A DNA stretch of 64,000 nucleotides, from positions 992,001 through 1,056,000 of the forward strand of contig CDRNVI010000002.1 of assembly GCA_977017575.1 (NCBI GenBank), read 5' to 3'. The notes beneath the pieces were generated by a model. It ran no database searches, was not told the DNA's origin, and saw only the letters and a program-made list of their open reading frames with translations. Positions 22,823 through 35,661 of the stretch are shown one piece after another. The DNA is from Paramoeba atlantica (taxonomy: Eukaryota > Protista > Discosea). Every line of letters starts with the position of its first letter. Position 1 is the stretch's first letter. Position numbers and translations under genes: made by a program.

Positions 22823-23107
22823 AACCATGTTCCAGGATAGTATACCCATGCCCACTTAGTATGCCTACCCCCCCCTTCCCAGCAACAGGAGCGTGAGACG
22901 TGCCTTTTTTAGAAGCGCCAGAGCATTTTTCTAGCAATCACACGGTATTAAATCGCATTTTAAGGTCAAGACACCATTTTTCTAGCAACTACAGATGAGA
23001 AACGCGCCGCGAAGCGGCGCGAAAATTTTTTTCTGCATTTTAGACAAAATTTAGTATACCGTACCCACTTAGTATACCTACTAGGTATACTATCCTGGAA
23101 CATGGTT
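22823..23107. mobile_element. Complete 285-bp MITE
   Basis: 24-bp TIR AACCATGTTCCAGGATAGTATACC at both ends; TAGTA on both flanks (22818-22822 and 23108-23112). Confidence 0.85.
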
Positions 23108-23706
23108 TAGTACCAAACTGTGCCGTTTCTTCAGAACTTCAGAAGCTACTACTCCCCCTGTCATTAATAATGATAATCTTAAAAAAGATATCGTTCTATG
23201 TGGTGAAGACTCTTAAAAAATTATCAACTTATTTTCATGCACGCAAGATTTTCTTAAAAAAAAGTTTTTTGAACTAAAAAACTACTGGTAAGGTTTCAAA
23301 ACCGGCCCAAATTCGGGTTAAAATTTATCATTTTTGACCTGAAAATCGTGTTTTTTGGCGAAAACTATGTACTACCCCTGCCATTAATGATAATGATAAT
23401 AATAATCTCAAAAATATTATCATTATCATTATTAATGACTTTTTTTGCACTATTTTCGTTATTTTTCGGAATTTTTATTGTACCTGTAGCTAGTTATTGT
23501 ACCGGGGAGGTACATTAAAACGGACGGGGGTTTACTTTGATTTATTAGTATTAAGTTATTAGTATAAGTTTCACACATGATTCTATGTTTTTTATAGGAT
23601 AATCAACTTTTTTCTCGACGATACGCCCATAACATCTTTATAAGGCATTATTTTCTTATCATTGTATTAGTTTTTTTTTCTTGTGCTAACACGCTACATC
23701 GGTAGA

Positions 23707-24573
23707 ATGCTGCAAAATGCATTGTTCTCTGACCCACATGCCCCTGGACGAAACTCCAAAGCAATCTCAGATACCCCTCCTTGCCGACTGGGAAAAGTAG
23801 CTGGCATTATTTTACCTCCACAGGTTGCTCTCGATCTTTTTCTGCAAAACATCACGTCACGCGATCCTTCTTGGTCCACGGAGAGAGATGTTTGTAAATG
23901 GGGACACGTATCCTGCGATGAGAATTCCACTCTTCGCAAGCTTATGTGGTCAAACCTTGGTCTTATGGGGACTCTTGCATGGCGCTTTCTTCCGCACAGC
24001 CTTGAATTCATACTTCTTGGAGGCTATGGCAGTAATAATGAGCTTTCAGGTTCCCTGCCTGCTGCGCACCTCCCAAGGAATTTGGTCACACTGTCGTTGT
24101 CGGAGAATAAATTCTCGGGAGAGCTTTATCTGCTAGACATGCCTCAAACTCTCCTAGATTTGTCCGTTCGTTCGAATTGTTTCTATGGCGTGCTTTCCCT
24201 TCCTGATTTACCACCTACGGTAAGAACATTTAGTGCCTCCTACAATAAATTCTCCGGTCCCCTTGTCCTTGATAAACTCCCAGAATGTATTGTAGAATTG
24301 TATCTCACAGCGAATTTATTTGAAGGGAGTGTTCGATTAGACCAATTGCCATTTACAATGCGTCGACTTCACCTGTCCGACAATAATCTTTCTGGGTGCA
24401 TTGAACTTCATTCACTACCGGTTACTCTTGTTGCGTTGTTTTTACACTGTAACAAGTTTAGCGGACCGCTTGATGTATCTCATGTACCCCAATCACTCCA
24501 ATCGCTCTATCTTTTCGGAAACCAGTTCACTTCAGTCTACCCCGAGGTACTTCCATCTTGTGTTAAAATATAG
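23707..24573 (+). CDS. LRR family protein
   Basis: LPPQVAL..F..SW..VCKWGHVSC cap followed by about 8 LRRs of 23 aa. Confidence 0.87.
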   Translation: MLQNALFSDPHAPGRNSKAISDTPPCRLGKVAGIILPPQVALDLFLQNITSRDPSWSTERDVCKWGHVSCDENSTLRKLMWSNLGLMGTLAWRFLPHSLEFILLGGYGSNNELSGSLPAAHLPRNLVTLSLSENKFSGELYLLDMPQTLLDLSVRSNCFYGVLSLPDLPPTVRTFSASYNKFSGPLVLDKLPECIVELYLTANLFEGSVRLDQLPFTMRRLHLSDNNLSGCIELHSLPVTLVALFLHCNKFSGPLDVSHVPQSLQSLYLFGNQFTSVYPEVLPSCVKI

Positions 24574-24929
24574 AACTGGGGATACTATGAACTCCGATAA
24601 CGATATCACTGTATTGGTTGTATATTTAATGGTTGTCCTACATTATACACCTAATACACCTGCACCATACTGGGGGTATGTTATCGTGTATTAATGTCGA
24701 TAGTGTACCCTCCCCTGTTTAAGGCAGATAGGGTGCTCTGGTGATTCTTGTTTACGGCTCTAAGATCTTTTCAAGCTTTAAGATCTAAAGTCCCTGTTTT
24801 TGAAATCCTTTTCAACGTTCTTGTTCTTTTATTGTTGTACCTATAGCTAGTTATACTGGTGAGTACATAAACCCGGATGGGGCTTTACATTTCCCGTAAT
24901 GTATTCACTAACACTGGCACCGTGCTTGA

Positions 24930-26276
<1,347 letters not shown>

Positions 26277-26921
26277 GGATACGGCGTATAGAGTAAGTGG
26301 GTAGCAAAAGGCGTTTTCAGAAACGCATTAATTGGGCTACTTGAATTGTCATGATTTTGCATTTGTGTTGAACTCGTAATCTTCTTGGATTCGAAATTGC
26401 GCTGTTGTGGGCTATCTGCCTTTTTTATTTGCACATCGAAAGGTGTGCATCTCGTATTGTGAAATAATTCTCTTGCGATTAGAGAATAGAATATTTCTGT
26501 TGCTTTCTTCTGCTCTGGGAGTGCATTTTGTAGTTGCGCTTTTTTGCTACTTCGGGGCCTTTATGTCATGTAGGAAAAAAATATACATGTGTACTGCACG
26601 TATTATAGAACACGTTATATTTCGTACAGGTCACTATTAGGTGCACGAGAATGTTTCAAAATGCATTCAGTTGTCCTACACCACTACTCAATCGCTTGTT
26701 TTCCACTGTTTTACCACCGCGTTTAACAAAGCTACTATTCCTTATGTAGGTAATGCACGGTAAAAAATATTGATAGATGTACTAAAAACAATTAGAGGAT
26801 TAGAGGTGGTCCTCCTTTTAAGTGTCCTTTCGAAATCTAAAGGCATTTTCTTTTTCATGCAAATTAAATTAAAGAAATGTATTTCTATGTACTGCCGTTG
26901 CCACATTGACCTTCCCTCTAC

Positions 26922-28136
26922 ATGCATTCCGGGTCTCTTGTCTTACATTTTCACGCAACCAGCATTGCACGTGGAGAGCAAACGAAGGTCTTTTCCCAGC
27001 CCTATTGTGCCGTGAGTGCCGCCACGGGGAGAAACTACTCGCTTGCCATTTCCCAAGCGCTTACCCGGCGTGGTTTTCTATCTCCTCTGTGGATCACGGA
27101 GTCTCAGCTTGTACTCGCTAATGTCGCTGTTAAACGTGCACATCGACATAGGGGCTACCGCGCCTACTTGCCAACTCCGGGCACTAATGAGTTCTCGCAC
27201 GTGATGTTGTACAATGCAGAGCAGACGACCAACTCCTCTCGGGTGGAATCGTTGAAAGGAAGGTTGGTGCCTGTGTTTGCTCTGACTGGTCAAGAAGTGG
27301 CAGACCGGGCGGTGTCTATTGCGTTGGCCGCCCAAGCCCAGGCTCACCCTAGCAACGCGTGGCTCACAGCGAGGCAAGTAGAGTTTCTTCAACTTCCTTT
27401 ACTTGAGGGGGCGCTCCCGGCGAGGGTTTACATGGCCAAACTTCTGGACGAGGGGGTGCAGAGTTTTCCCTGTTCTTCTGATTCTAACGTAGAGAGCACA
27501 AAACCAAAGGAGGAGTGCTATTACAACATCAATCAGCTACGTAATCCTGAGGAAGTGGCTCAACTACGCAAGCTGGCTCCAATCTCCTCTAGTTCCGGAA
27601 AAAAATATAAAGTGGAAGTGGCACTTTCACTCATGCGTGCAACACGAGCCAAAGGATTTTCTTCTCCATTCTGGATTACCGCCGGAGCTGTCACCTCACT
27701 AGGGTTACGGCTTATCGATCCCGACGGCGGCACTACAGTACACTTTTTTCATAGGTCCATGTTACTTTTTAATGCGTGTCAAACAGACCAACCGCAGAGG
27801 GTGGCAGCAGAGGCATTTAAGGCGCAATTTACCCCCAGATCTGCGATCTCCGGTAGCTGTTACCCTGAGCAACCCGCAGATATACTTTCCCGTGCCGCGC
27901 ATCGCATGAAGCATAAAAGTCTCTACTGGCTGACCCAAAAACAGGCGGCATTTCTCGGAGTTGAAATCCTGCCAGGTCAAAGTCCCGTGTTCGTATCAAT
28001 GGGCGGAGCAAAGATTCGAATGTTTAACGCGGACCAGACCAGCAATCGATCTCGAATTGAAGAACGATTCAGGAAAAAAGGTGCCCATGAAAAAGAACGT
28101 AGTAGCCTCGACACATCTTCCTCTTTCACACACTAA
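26922..28136 (+). CDS. Tc38/RBP38-family protein, paralog 5
   Basis: Four repeats; the last two are closest to paralog 4 (AFKAQFTPRSAISG..SLYWLTQKQAAFLGVEILPGQ..FNADQT). Confidence 0.82.
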   Translation: MHSGSLVLHFHATSIARGEQTKVFSQPYCAVSAATGRNYSLAISQALTRRGFLSPLWITESQLVLANVAVKRAHRHRGYRAYLPTPGTNEFSHVMLYNAEQTTNSSRVESLKGRLVPVFALTGQEVADRAVSIALAAQAQAHPSNAWLTARQVEFLQLPLLEGALPARVYMAKLLDEGVQSFPCSSDSNVESTKPKEECYYNINQLRNPEEVAQLRKLAPISSSSGKKYKVEVALSLMRATRAKGFSSPFWITAGAVTSLGLRLIDPDGGTTVHFFHRSMLLFNACQTDQPQRVAAEAFKAQFTPRSAISGSCYPEQPADILSRAAHRMKHKSLYWLTQKQAAFLGVEILPGQSPVFVSMGGAKIRMFNADQTSNRSRIEERFRKKGAHEKERSSLDTSSSFTH

Positions 28137-28338
28137 TTCTGGTGAAAGGGGACTCTTTTTCCCCCGAAAAATTCTTTTACCTCCTCTTATTTTCTTTTCA
28201 CTAGGGCTATTTTTCCATTGTATTTTCTTCTTTCACATAAAAAATCGTTGTTATCGTGCCACACTCCCGTTTTATCTACACGCTATTCCCTCCCTCTCTT
28301 TCTCTCTCCCTCCTCCTCTCTCTCCCCCTCCACCCCCC

Positions 28339-29463
28339 ATGCAGCCCACCACCCCCTTCGCCCCCTCCGTCCCCGGCTCCCCCACCTTCCTCCCCCCCGA
28401 GTACAACCTCTCCAGCCCCGACCTCACCCTCGCCCCCCCGCCCCACGCCCCCGCCCTGGAGCTCGAGGGCCCCGCCCAGCTGCTGTACAAACTCGAGGAG
28501 GAGACCCGAGCCCACAGCGAGCGCGCCCTCGGCCTCCTCGAGGCGCTCCGCGCGACCGTCCAGGTCTACCGCGGGCTCAGCGAGCAGCTCAGCGCGGAGC
28601 GCGCGGAGGCGTACAAATGCCTCCGCCGGGTCGACCGGATTGTCTCGCGGTACGGCTCCGTGGAGGACCCGATCGTCGCCAGTGATGGGTTTACCTATGA
28701 GCGAGGGGTGCTGGAGAGGTATTTGGAGGATTGCGAGCGCGCGTCCCAGACCCCGGTGAGTCAGCAAACGAAGGAGCCGTTGGAACGGACGTTGTACCCG
28801 AATGCGAGTTTGAAAAAGTTGGTGGATTTGTTGAAAGGGTTGCAGCTGGCGTCGGTGTATAACGCGGGGAGTCCCACGACGGGGGCGGGGAGTCGTGGGC
28901 CGGAGTTTAATGGGAGTGATAGTTTGACGGAGCTGTCGTCCTCGCATGACCATAGTCCGGTAAGTGGGTTGGAGGGTCAACGAGTGGTGAGTACCCCGCA
29001 CGGGGGAATATCGCAGATGGCTTCTACAATCATATCTACACCAACTCCAAATAACGCAGCTGGACACCGGCGAAACCACGGAGTCAGTGGGGGCAGCACT
29101 CAAGGACCGCTCTTGGCGAATGTTACCCCAGGAAACAAACCTTGGGCTCGCCAACGGGGACAGAATCGTGACTCACATTTACAGAAAAGTCCCTCGGACT
29201 ACGCTCTGCCGGGGAATTTGGTTATGGGACATTCGAGTACTGGAACTAGCAGGCAAGGGGTTATGGATCACCCCGAAGGCGGCACCCCCCCTCACACTCA
29301 TCCTTGTCTACGAATTTACGGCCGGTGTAATTACGGGGAGCGTTGTGTGTATGCCCCTTATCCATATGAGGTGTGTTTAAGCAACTTAAAGGGGAAGTGT
29401 CGCCTCGGTGCACGATGTCCCGAACCTCATCAAGAGATGAAAGTTGGAACCCCAAGTGACTGA
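28339..29463 (+). CDS. U-box + CCCH zinc-finger RNA-binding protein (ZC3H39/ZC3H40, CSBP-like)
   Basis: Coiled coil, then U-box EDPIVASDGFTYER..SQQTKEPLERTLYPN..LKKLV, then C-terminal CLRIYGRCNYGERC..CLSNLKGKCRLGARCPEPH; ATG at 28339. Confidence 0.78.
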   Translation: MQPTTPFAPSVPGSPTFLPPEYNLSSPDLTLAPPPHAPALELEGPAQLLYKLEEETRAHSERALGLLEALRATVQVYRGLSEQLSAERAEAYKCLRRVDRIVSRYGSVEDPIVASDGFTYERGVLERYLEDCERASQTPVSQQTKEPLERTLYPNASLKKLVDLLKGLQLASVYNAGSPTTGAGSRGPEFNGSDSLTELSSSHDHSPVSGLEGQRVVSTPHGGISQMASTIISTPTPNNAAGHRRNHGVSGGSTQGPLLANVTPGNKPWARQRGQNRDSHLQKSPSDYALPGNLVMGHSSTGTSRQGVMDHPEGGTPPHTHPCLRIYGRCNYGERCVYAPYPYEVCLSNLKGKCRLGARCPEPHQEMKVGTPSD

Positions 29464-29889
29464 ACGTGGTCACCGGTTGCTTTTAATACTTTCAAATTAC
29501 CCACCAGTTAGTGGTGTAAGATTTGGATCTTTGAAGAAACAGGGCAGTATGTGATTTGGTAGGGAGGCTGGAGAAGGCATAGAGGCGTTAGAGATACAGT
29601 GTACTGACACAGTACCTAATGAATGAAACTGTTCCTTAGATTGTACATTGCAGTTAAATTAAGCATAGGCATATTTCGTTGTCTTATAGTATACATCATG
29701 TATGATAGAGGAAGTCGAAGAAGTACATACACTGGATTTCGCTCTATCTCAAATCTGTAATTGCAAACAATTGGTAATCTTAAATTCGGTAGGTCATTTT
29801 CTGTCCTTAATTTTTATAGCAATACTATCTTAAGACATCGTAACCTATTTTCTCTTAGAGTTTCATCCTTCGGGGTACATTTTAAAACT

Positions 29890-31629
29890 ATGAACTCTCG
29901 ATTATCGTCTTCATTAGACGCCATTGAAAAGGTATTCGCCCCTTCTCATCTAAAGTCATTACGAAACCAGCGACGCCAAAATAAATCCACGAACCATATC
30001 GAATCCGGATTCCCTAAACTCACCAATCTATCAATTGCTTGGAGCTTGAATGCAAATTGCCAGAAACATAGAACACCTTGCATACACTCCGTCACGAGTG
30101 ACTTTTTTCGACATAAACAAGTCTCAAAAAGATATTACAGCACTCACACCCCTAACACATCCATTGAGGAGGTAGTTCCCCTCTCTTCATCTCTCTCTCC
30201 CCTTACGACCCCCCGCACCCCTCCCGATACCCCTTCCACCCCTTCCCATCATGATCCTCCCCCTCCCACCCCACACACACCCCAAAATTCCCCTGAACCC
30301 CCTCTCCCTCCGAACCCCACGAACCCCCACCATACAACCCCCACCACCCCCCTCCCCACCCCCCTTCCCTCCACCCCCTCCCTCTGGCCATCCACCTCTA
30401 CCGCCGACCCCACCCACGGCCCCCTCCACTACGTCCACACCGAACTTGATCTCCTCCGTTCCTACCATCTCCCTGCCCTCGCCTCTCTCCCCTCCCCCTC
30501 CCCCTCCCCCCTCTCCTCCCCCACCCCCCTCCCCTCCCCCCTCCACACCGCCGCCACCCACCTCCTCACCACCCCCGGCAAACTCCTCCGTCCCGGTCTC
30601 ATCTGCCTCATGGCCTACGCCCTCCTCCCCCTCCCCCTCTCCACCGCCCTCCACACCCAGGTCCGTACCCACCCCACGCTCTACCGCCAACTCCCCACCC
30701 CCACGCAGCTCACCCGGACTCCCCACCAGACCCCCCCCTCACCTTCCCCCCCCTCCTCATCTCCTCAGGCCACAGCGCACCTGCCCTCTGTAGCCTCTGT
30801 ATCCTTATCGACTCCTACTACTCCTACGACTACCACTACTCCTCCTCCCATGACCTCCCTTCACCCCATCCTACGCCTCGCTGCCGTCACCGAGCTCATC
30901 CACACCGCTTCCTTAATCCACGATGACATTCTCGATGGCGCCACGACCCGTCGCGGGCGTCCCTGCTTACATCAGACGGAGCGTGGGGGGACCGCGACCG
31001 CCGTGCTCGCGGGGGACTACCTGTTAGCGAAGGCCTCCGGGGCCCTGGCGGCGCTGCGGGAGCCCGAGGCGGTGGTGTGTATGAGTCGCGCGCTGGAGGA
31101 TCTCACCAAGGGGGAGGTGATGCAACGGGAGGGGGTGGGGGGGGTGCGGGGGTACCTGGAGAAGAGTTACTGTAAGACGGCCTCGTTGCTGGAGAACGCG
31201 CTCAGTGCGGTGGGGGTGGTGTGTGTGGGGGAGGGTGCGCCGGAGAGGGGGTATGCGGCGGATTTTGGGCGCCACCTTGGGGTGGCGTTTCAGATTGTGG
31301 ATGATTGTTTGGATTTTACAGGGGACGCGAGGAAGCTGGGGAAGGAGGTGCATGCGGATTTGCAGTCGGGGATCGCGACGCTTCCGGTGCTGTTGGCGGC
31401 GGAGAAGGATGAGGGGGTGCAGGCGCGTGTGCGACGGAAGTTTGAGGTCCCAGGCGATGTGGATTACACACTTGACGTCGTGCAGAAGTTACAGACTGTT
31501 CCACAGGCTCAGCAGTTGGCGTGGGAGGAGTATGAAAAGGCAATGGTCGCGTTGCATCAGTTACATTCTTCTCCGGCTCGGGAGGTGCTGGCGAATGCCG
31601 CTTCGTATGTTCTCTCACGTTCTGAGTAG
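29890..31629 (+). CDS. Trans-polyprenyl (solanesyl/decaprenyl) diphosphate synthase with Pro/Thr/Ser-rich insertions
   Basis: GKLLRP, ELIHTASLIHDDILD..RRG (FARM), VLAGDYLL, KTASL, GVAFQIVDDCLD (SARM), DL.SG..TLPVL. Confidence 0.92.
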   Translation: MNSRLSSSLDAIEKVFAPSHLKSLRNQRRQNKSTNHIESGFPKLTNLSIAWSLNANCQKHRTPCIHSVTSDFFRHKQVSKRYYSTHTPNTSIEEVVPLSSSLSPLTTPRTPPDTPSTPSHHDPPPPTPHTPQNSPEPPLPPNPTNPHHTTPTTPLPTPLPSTPSLWPSTSTADPTHGPLHYVHTELDLLRSYHLPALASLPSPSPSPLSSPTPLPSPLHTAATHLLTTPGKLLRPGLICLMAYALLPLPLSTALHTQVRTHPTLYRQLPTPTQLTRTPHQTPPSPSPPSSSPQATAHLPSVASVSLSTPTTPTTTTTPPPMTSLHPILRLAAVTELIHTASLIHDDILDGATTRRGRPCLHQTERGGTATAVLAGDYLLAKASGALAALREPEAVVCMSRALEDLTKGEVMQREGVGGVRGYLEKSYCKTASLLENALSAVGVVCVGEGAPERGYAADFGRHLGVAFQIVDDCLDFTGDARKLGKEVHADLQSGIATLPVLLAAEKDEGVQARVRRKFEVPGDVDYTLDVVQKLQTVPQAQQLAWEEYEKAMVALHQLHSSPAREVLANAASYVLSRSE

Positions 31630-31882
31630 TGGATAAGGAATGTCCGGGGTCACCCCATCGAAGGGTTTGACGTGCATCCGCTGCAATAGCATCTTTTATC
31701 TATACAAGAGTAACAAGAGTGGTTCGTTAAGTGGCTCGTTAAATTAAGAGACAGATATCAATACCTTTGCATTGATAGGTTTGTATTGGTTTAACTGGAG
31801 ATTCTTTCACGTTTAGAATAAAGAAGGTGGTGTTTAAAAGACTCACTTCTCCATATTTTATGAACCTCCTCATACGCTTTAC

Positions 31883-34543
31883 ATGTCAGTCTCTCGACTT
31901 TGGTGGATGGCTCAACAGCATGAGCAAGCTGGAAAATGGATTGCCGCTCTTCAGCTTATCACCGATAATGGTTTATTTCTTCGCAAACTGGCGGACATTC
32001 CCTCATTAACCCCTGTTCTACGCATTATTATTCGCTGTTGCTACCGCCAAACTATTGAGAAAAACAATCTACGCGCGTTTCAAGCCATTGAAAGCTTGAC
32101 GCGCAGTTCCTACGTAGGCGAATATTTTACCCCCTTAGTTTTGGCAGAGGGGTTGGCCTTAGCATACGACGCAGGAAGACAGATAAACCCTTACAACTTG
32201 AATTCGTTAGCGCTGAATGACGACAACTGTACAACAGAGAATTCCGGTGGATTATCCGACTTAACCCCTCATCCGGATATGTCCTTTTCGCCAAACTCAT
32301 ATTATTCTATAAAATATGACGAAGGTCCTCGAATGAGGCAAAAGGATTTCCCTCCCAGAGAGCAAGTTTCTTCATTGATGTCAAGGGGTATGTATTGCAC
32401 GTCATTTAGCTCTGGTGCATACTCCATCTTTGAACTTATTTCCCCAGTCGAATATATTGCGGAATGGGTTCGACGAAAAATTATTCGGCATGCTCGGCAG
32501 GGTAAAGCTGAAAATGTTTCTAAAATAGGACAAAGAAACAACTCCACTGACCATTTAACCAATAGTGGTACAACATTTTACCCAGAGATCTTCCAAAAGA
32601 CGGGCATGTGTGCATCGAATAACGATGTGCATCGCGAAACTTCAAGGAAAATAGAGCTTGACGCAGAGGAGTTGGACAGAGTGGATATTTTTGAGCCTGA
32701 AACGTTCTCTTTTCCTTCAACTGTAACACAGGAGTTATCTTCTTACTCTTTATCTCGGGAACGTACTGACTTTCCAAGTGTGCATTTCTGTCCTTTAATT
32801 CATGAACGTTGCTCGAAGGGGTTCTGGTATGAGTCTCTGCAAGCACTGCAGGACAGCTGTCGTCCAATTGATGGGCATCGTCAGGAAATCGGGGCTGATG
32901 TTCTCTCTTCTGCTTTTAGGGATTCGTTTCCATCTTTTTGTCCCGAAGCCGTTGCATCCCATTTCTCTGCATATCGAATATATCAGCAAGTTCCAACTCT
33001 TCATGAGATTCGCCGAGCGTTTCAGCACACCGTACAGAGTTGGAAGGCTTCGCTACGTGTTTTGGAGGAAAGCCGTGTTCTCTTGAATCGTTGCACTTCT
33101 GAATCTATTGATTCCGTTTTCCCCTCAAATGATATCCAAACAAAATACATCTCTAGCTATGCTCCAAAAAAACTATTTTACCCCGTGATTCAGGAGTATG
33201 CATTACATTCGATGCGTACCTGCTGGTATGCCTCCTTGAGCTTCTGGAATCAAATTCATGCAAGACTTCCCTCACGTTTTCGTCGTAGGGCTGAGAGCCG
33301 AATGCTCAATATCATGCGACGACATGGACGTTGGCGAGAAGTCTTGCGTTTATGTGGCATAGATTTCTCCTCAAAGCAGCGGATAAAAAAGCGAAACGAC
33401 AACTCTGTTGCTACTTCCTTTTCTAAGAACTTTGTTACGACAAACGAAACAGTTGACCCGCTCAGTCCAGTCGAGCTAATGGAGAGCTTGCGCCGGTGCC
33501 CGCGCCTGCTTGCTCCATTGCGACAGGCAATGTGGTGTAGAGGTCTCGCCGCTTCCCACTTTACACGCCAAGTTATCTCCTCACAATCCGCACTACGTCC
33601 CGTCGTACTTCCATGGAAACAGCATAGCAGCAAACCGTCCCTCCAGGACACCTTACACCCGTGCGCTGATTTGCAACACGCACGAGAGATGCTACGACGA
33701 ATTACCTCTCAAGTACTTTGCACGGAAATCGCCTCCGCCATGTCCTATCACACCCAAATGGCTCGTCCTCGGACTGGGCCAGAGTTAGTGGCCCACACAC
33801 TCTACACGCATGCGTTCCGTGGTCAATGGGAGAAAGCTCTCGCCCTGCACCTCTGTGTGCCTAGCCCGAATAAGCACGAAACGAGCGCCGCACTACTGGC
33901 CTGTCCCCCAGGCATTTTAATACAACTGCTACAACGGGGAGTCCAACAGGAACAGCTCATGCTTCCGTATCGCATGCGTATGCCTTACTACGGTTTGTTG
34001 TGTCACAGGTTACTCTCGGACACATCGCAGGCATCGTTTTGGTCAACGGCTCTAGCATTGGCAGCGGAGGCCCGAAGTCATAGTACCGTTGCTGTATCAA
34101 TCAAGAAGGGGACACAAAACTTGGTTTTTCATGGGGGCATCAGCGGAGAAAAGGATGGCGCTCATTCCTACACCGATGAAATTATACCCCCTCACACTTT
34201 TTTAGATTTTTGGGCAAGTGCACGTGAGCGGCGATCTACGGGCTACGCAATGCCTATTCGTTTCATTTTACAAAACCTTGGAATGAGGTTGGGGTCTCAT
34301 TGTGGGACCATGAATTCATTTTCTTTGTGTAGTGTCGAAAATGCTGAAGATGAATTGCCTGATACTTCCTATCAGCATCAAAAAGCAAGCTTGGTAAAAC
34401 TTGTAGTAAAGCTTTTGCTGCTCTGTCGGAGCTCTGAGGAGCTTGACTTGGTACATCAACACATTCCATATTTTATCTCACACGAAGTTTCCAAAGAGTT
34501 CAAAAAGTCTTCTGCGCTCATCAATGCATACACACCGTTGTAG
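31883..34543 (+). CDS. Large hypothetical protein with W..AL helical (PPR/TPR-like) motifs
   Basis: 886-aa ATG ORF; GKWIAALQL, GRWREVLRL, GQWEKALAL, FWSTALAL. Confidence 0.7.
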   Translation: MSVSRLWWMAQQHEQAGKWIAALQLITDNGLFLRKLADIPSLTPVLRIIIRCCYRQTIEKNNLRAFQAIESLTRSSYVGEYFTPLVLAEGLALAYDAGRQINPYNLNSLALNDDNCTTENSGGLSDLTPHPDMSFSPNSYYSIKYDEGPRMRQKDFPPREQVSSLMSRGMYCTSFSSGAYSIFELISPVEYIAEWVRRKIIRHARQGKAENVSKIGQRNNSTDHLTNSGTTFYPEIFQKTGMCASNNDVHRETSRKIELDAEELDRVDIFEPETFSFPSTVTQELSSYSLSRERTDFPSVHFCPLIHERCSKGFWYESLQALQDSCRPIDGHRQEIGADVLSSAFRDSFPSFCPEAVASHFSAYRIYQQVPTLHEIRRAFQHTVQSWKASLRVLEESRVLLNRCTSESIDSVFPSNDIQTKYISSYAPKKLFYPVIQEYALHSMRTCWYASLSFWNQIHARLPSRFRRRAESRMLNIMRRHGRWREVLRLCGIDFSSKQRIKKRNDNSVATSFSKNFVTTNETVDPLSPVELMESLRRCPRLLAPLRQAMWCRGLAASHFTRQVISSQSALRPVVLPWKQHSSKPSLQDTLHPCADLQHAREMLRRITSQVLCTEIASAMSYHTQMARPRTGPELVAHTLYTHAFRGQWEKALALHLCVPSPNKHETSAALLACPPGILIQLLQRGVQQEQLMLPYRMRMPYYGLLCHRLLSDTSQASFWSTALALAAEARSHSTVAVSIKKGTQNLVFHGGISGEKDGAHSYTDEIIPPHTFLDFWASARERRSTGYAMPIRFILQNLGMRLGSHCGTMNSFSLCSVENAEDELPDTSYQHQKASLVKLVVKLLLLCRSSEELDLVHQHIPYFISHEVSKEFKKSSALINAYTPL

Positions 34544-35661
34544 AAAATCGAAAACTATAAAGGTTTCGTATACCTAGCAGTCCGCGGGGTACACTCAACA
34601 CAATTATTTGTGTAACAAAAAGCAGGAAAACAAAAATTTGTGAATTTTTTATTGTGCAACATTTTTAAAAATGGAACTTTTATTTTAACTTTTTTGACCA
34701 AATTCTAAAATCAAAACTGTTTTTTAGCCTAAACGAGGGTCCGGTTTAGACTACCTGTGATCTTGTACCATACCGGAGGTGGTGTGGTATTGTGACCCAG
34801 GACCAATAGCATACCCCCCTGGTTTTTAGCATTTCCCCCTGGTTCTCTTTAGCAGTTGTGCTTAAGATATATGGTTGTGCCCTAGAAGTGTTGTGGAATA
34901 TATGAGTTCTTTCCTATATATGGTTCTCAGGGTTGTGCCCTATGGTTGTGCCTAAATCCTTTTTTGATTGTGTTTAACTTTCTTTTCAAACGCAATATTT
35001 TATTAGTACTTATCACACGTCCGAATATACACACACATTACATTACTATTCATACCGAATTACCTTCATACCATTACTATTCCAAATCTGTCTTTGAATG
35101 GTCTAGCTTACCAGTGACCGTCCGGAGCAATCCGGAATGATTCGGGTTGGATTGGATTTATCCATGCCGCCCACATTTCCTTCAACAAAAAAATTTCTCT
35201 ACAAATATTTGTGCAACAAAAATTTGTGAATTTTCTATTGTGCAACAATTTCAAAAGTTGCACAATCAAAAATTGACAAATTTTGCGAACGCTGTAATCA
35301 ATACGCAAGAGTTCTTTTGTTGACCTCCTACAGAAAAATTTTGCTTTTCGAAGCTGACCACTTTAATTCTGACTGCGTCTGAAATATTCGGTAGGCAGAA
35401 CAGCACTGCTAGATCTTGAAATTCTAAATGCAGAGAAAGTAGAACTAATAAGTAGAACATAGAATTAATCAAACTAGCACTAAACTCTATTTGTGCGAGC
35501 TAATAACTTGTACTGTGGCAACCTTTTTGCTCTTCATTCGTCTTCGTCTTTGTGTTACCTCCTCGCATCTCCTTTACGGAGATAAGTCACTGTCAGCGGT
35601 GGATCACAATTACTTCTTGAATTCAACAAAAGTTCTTCACAAACTGTAGAAAAAACTCCGC

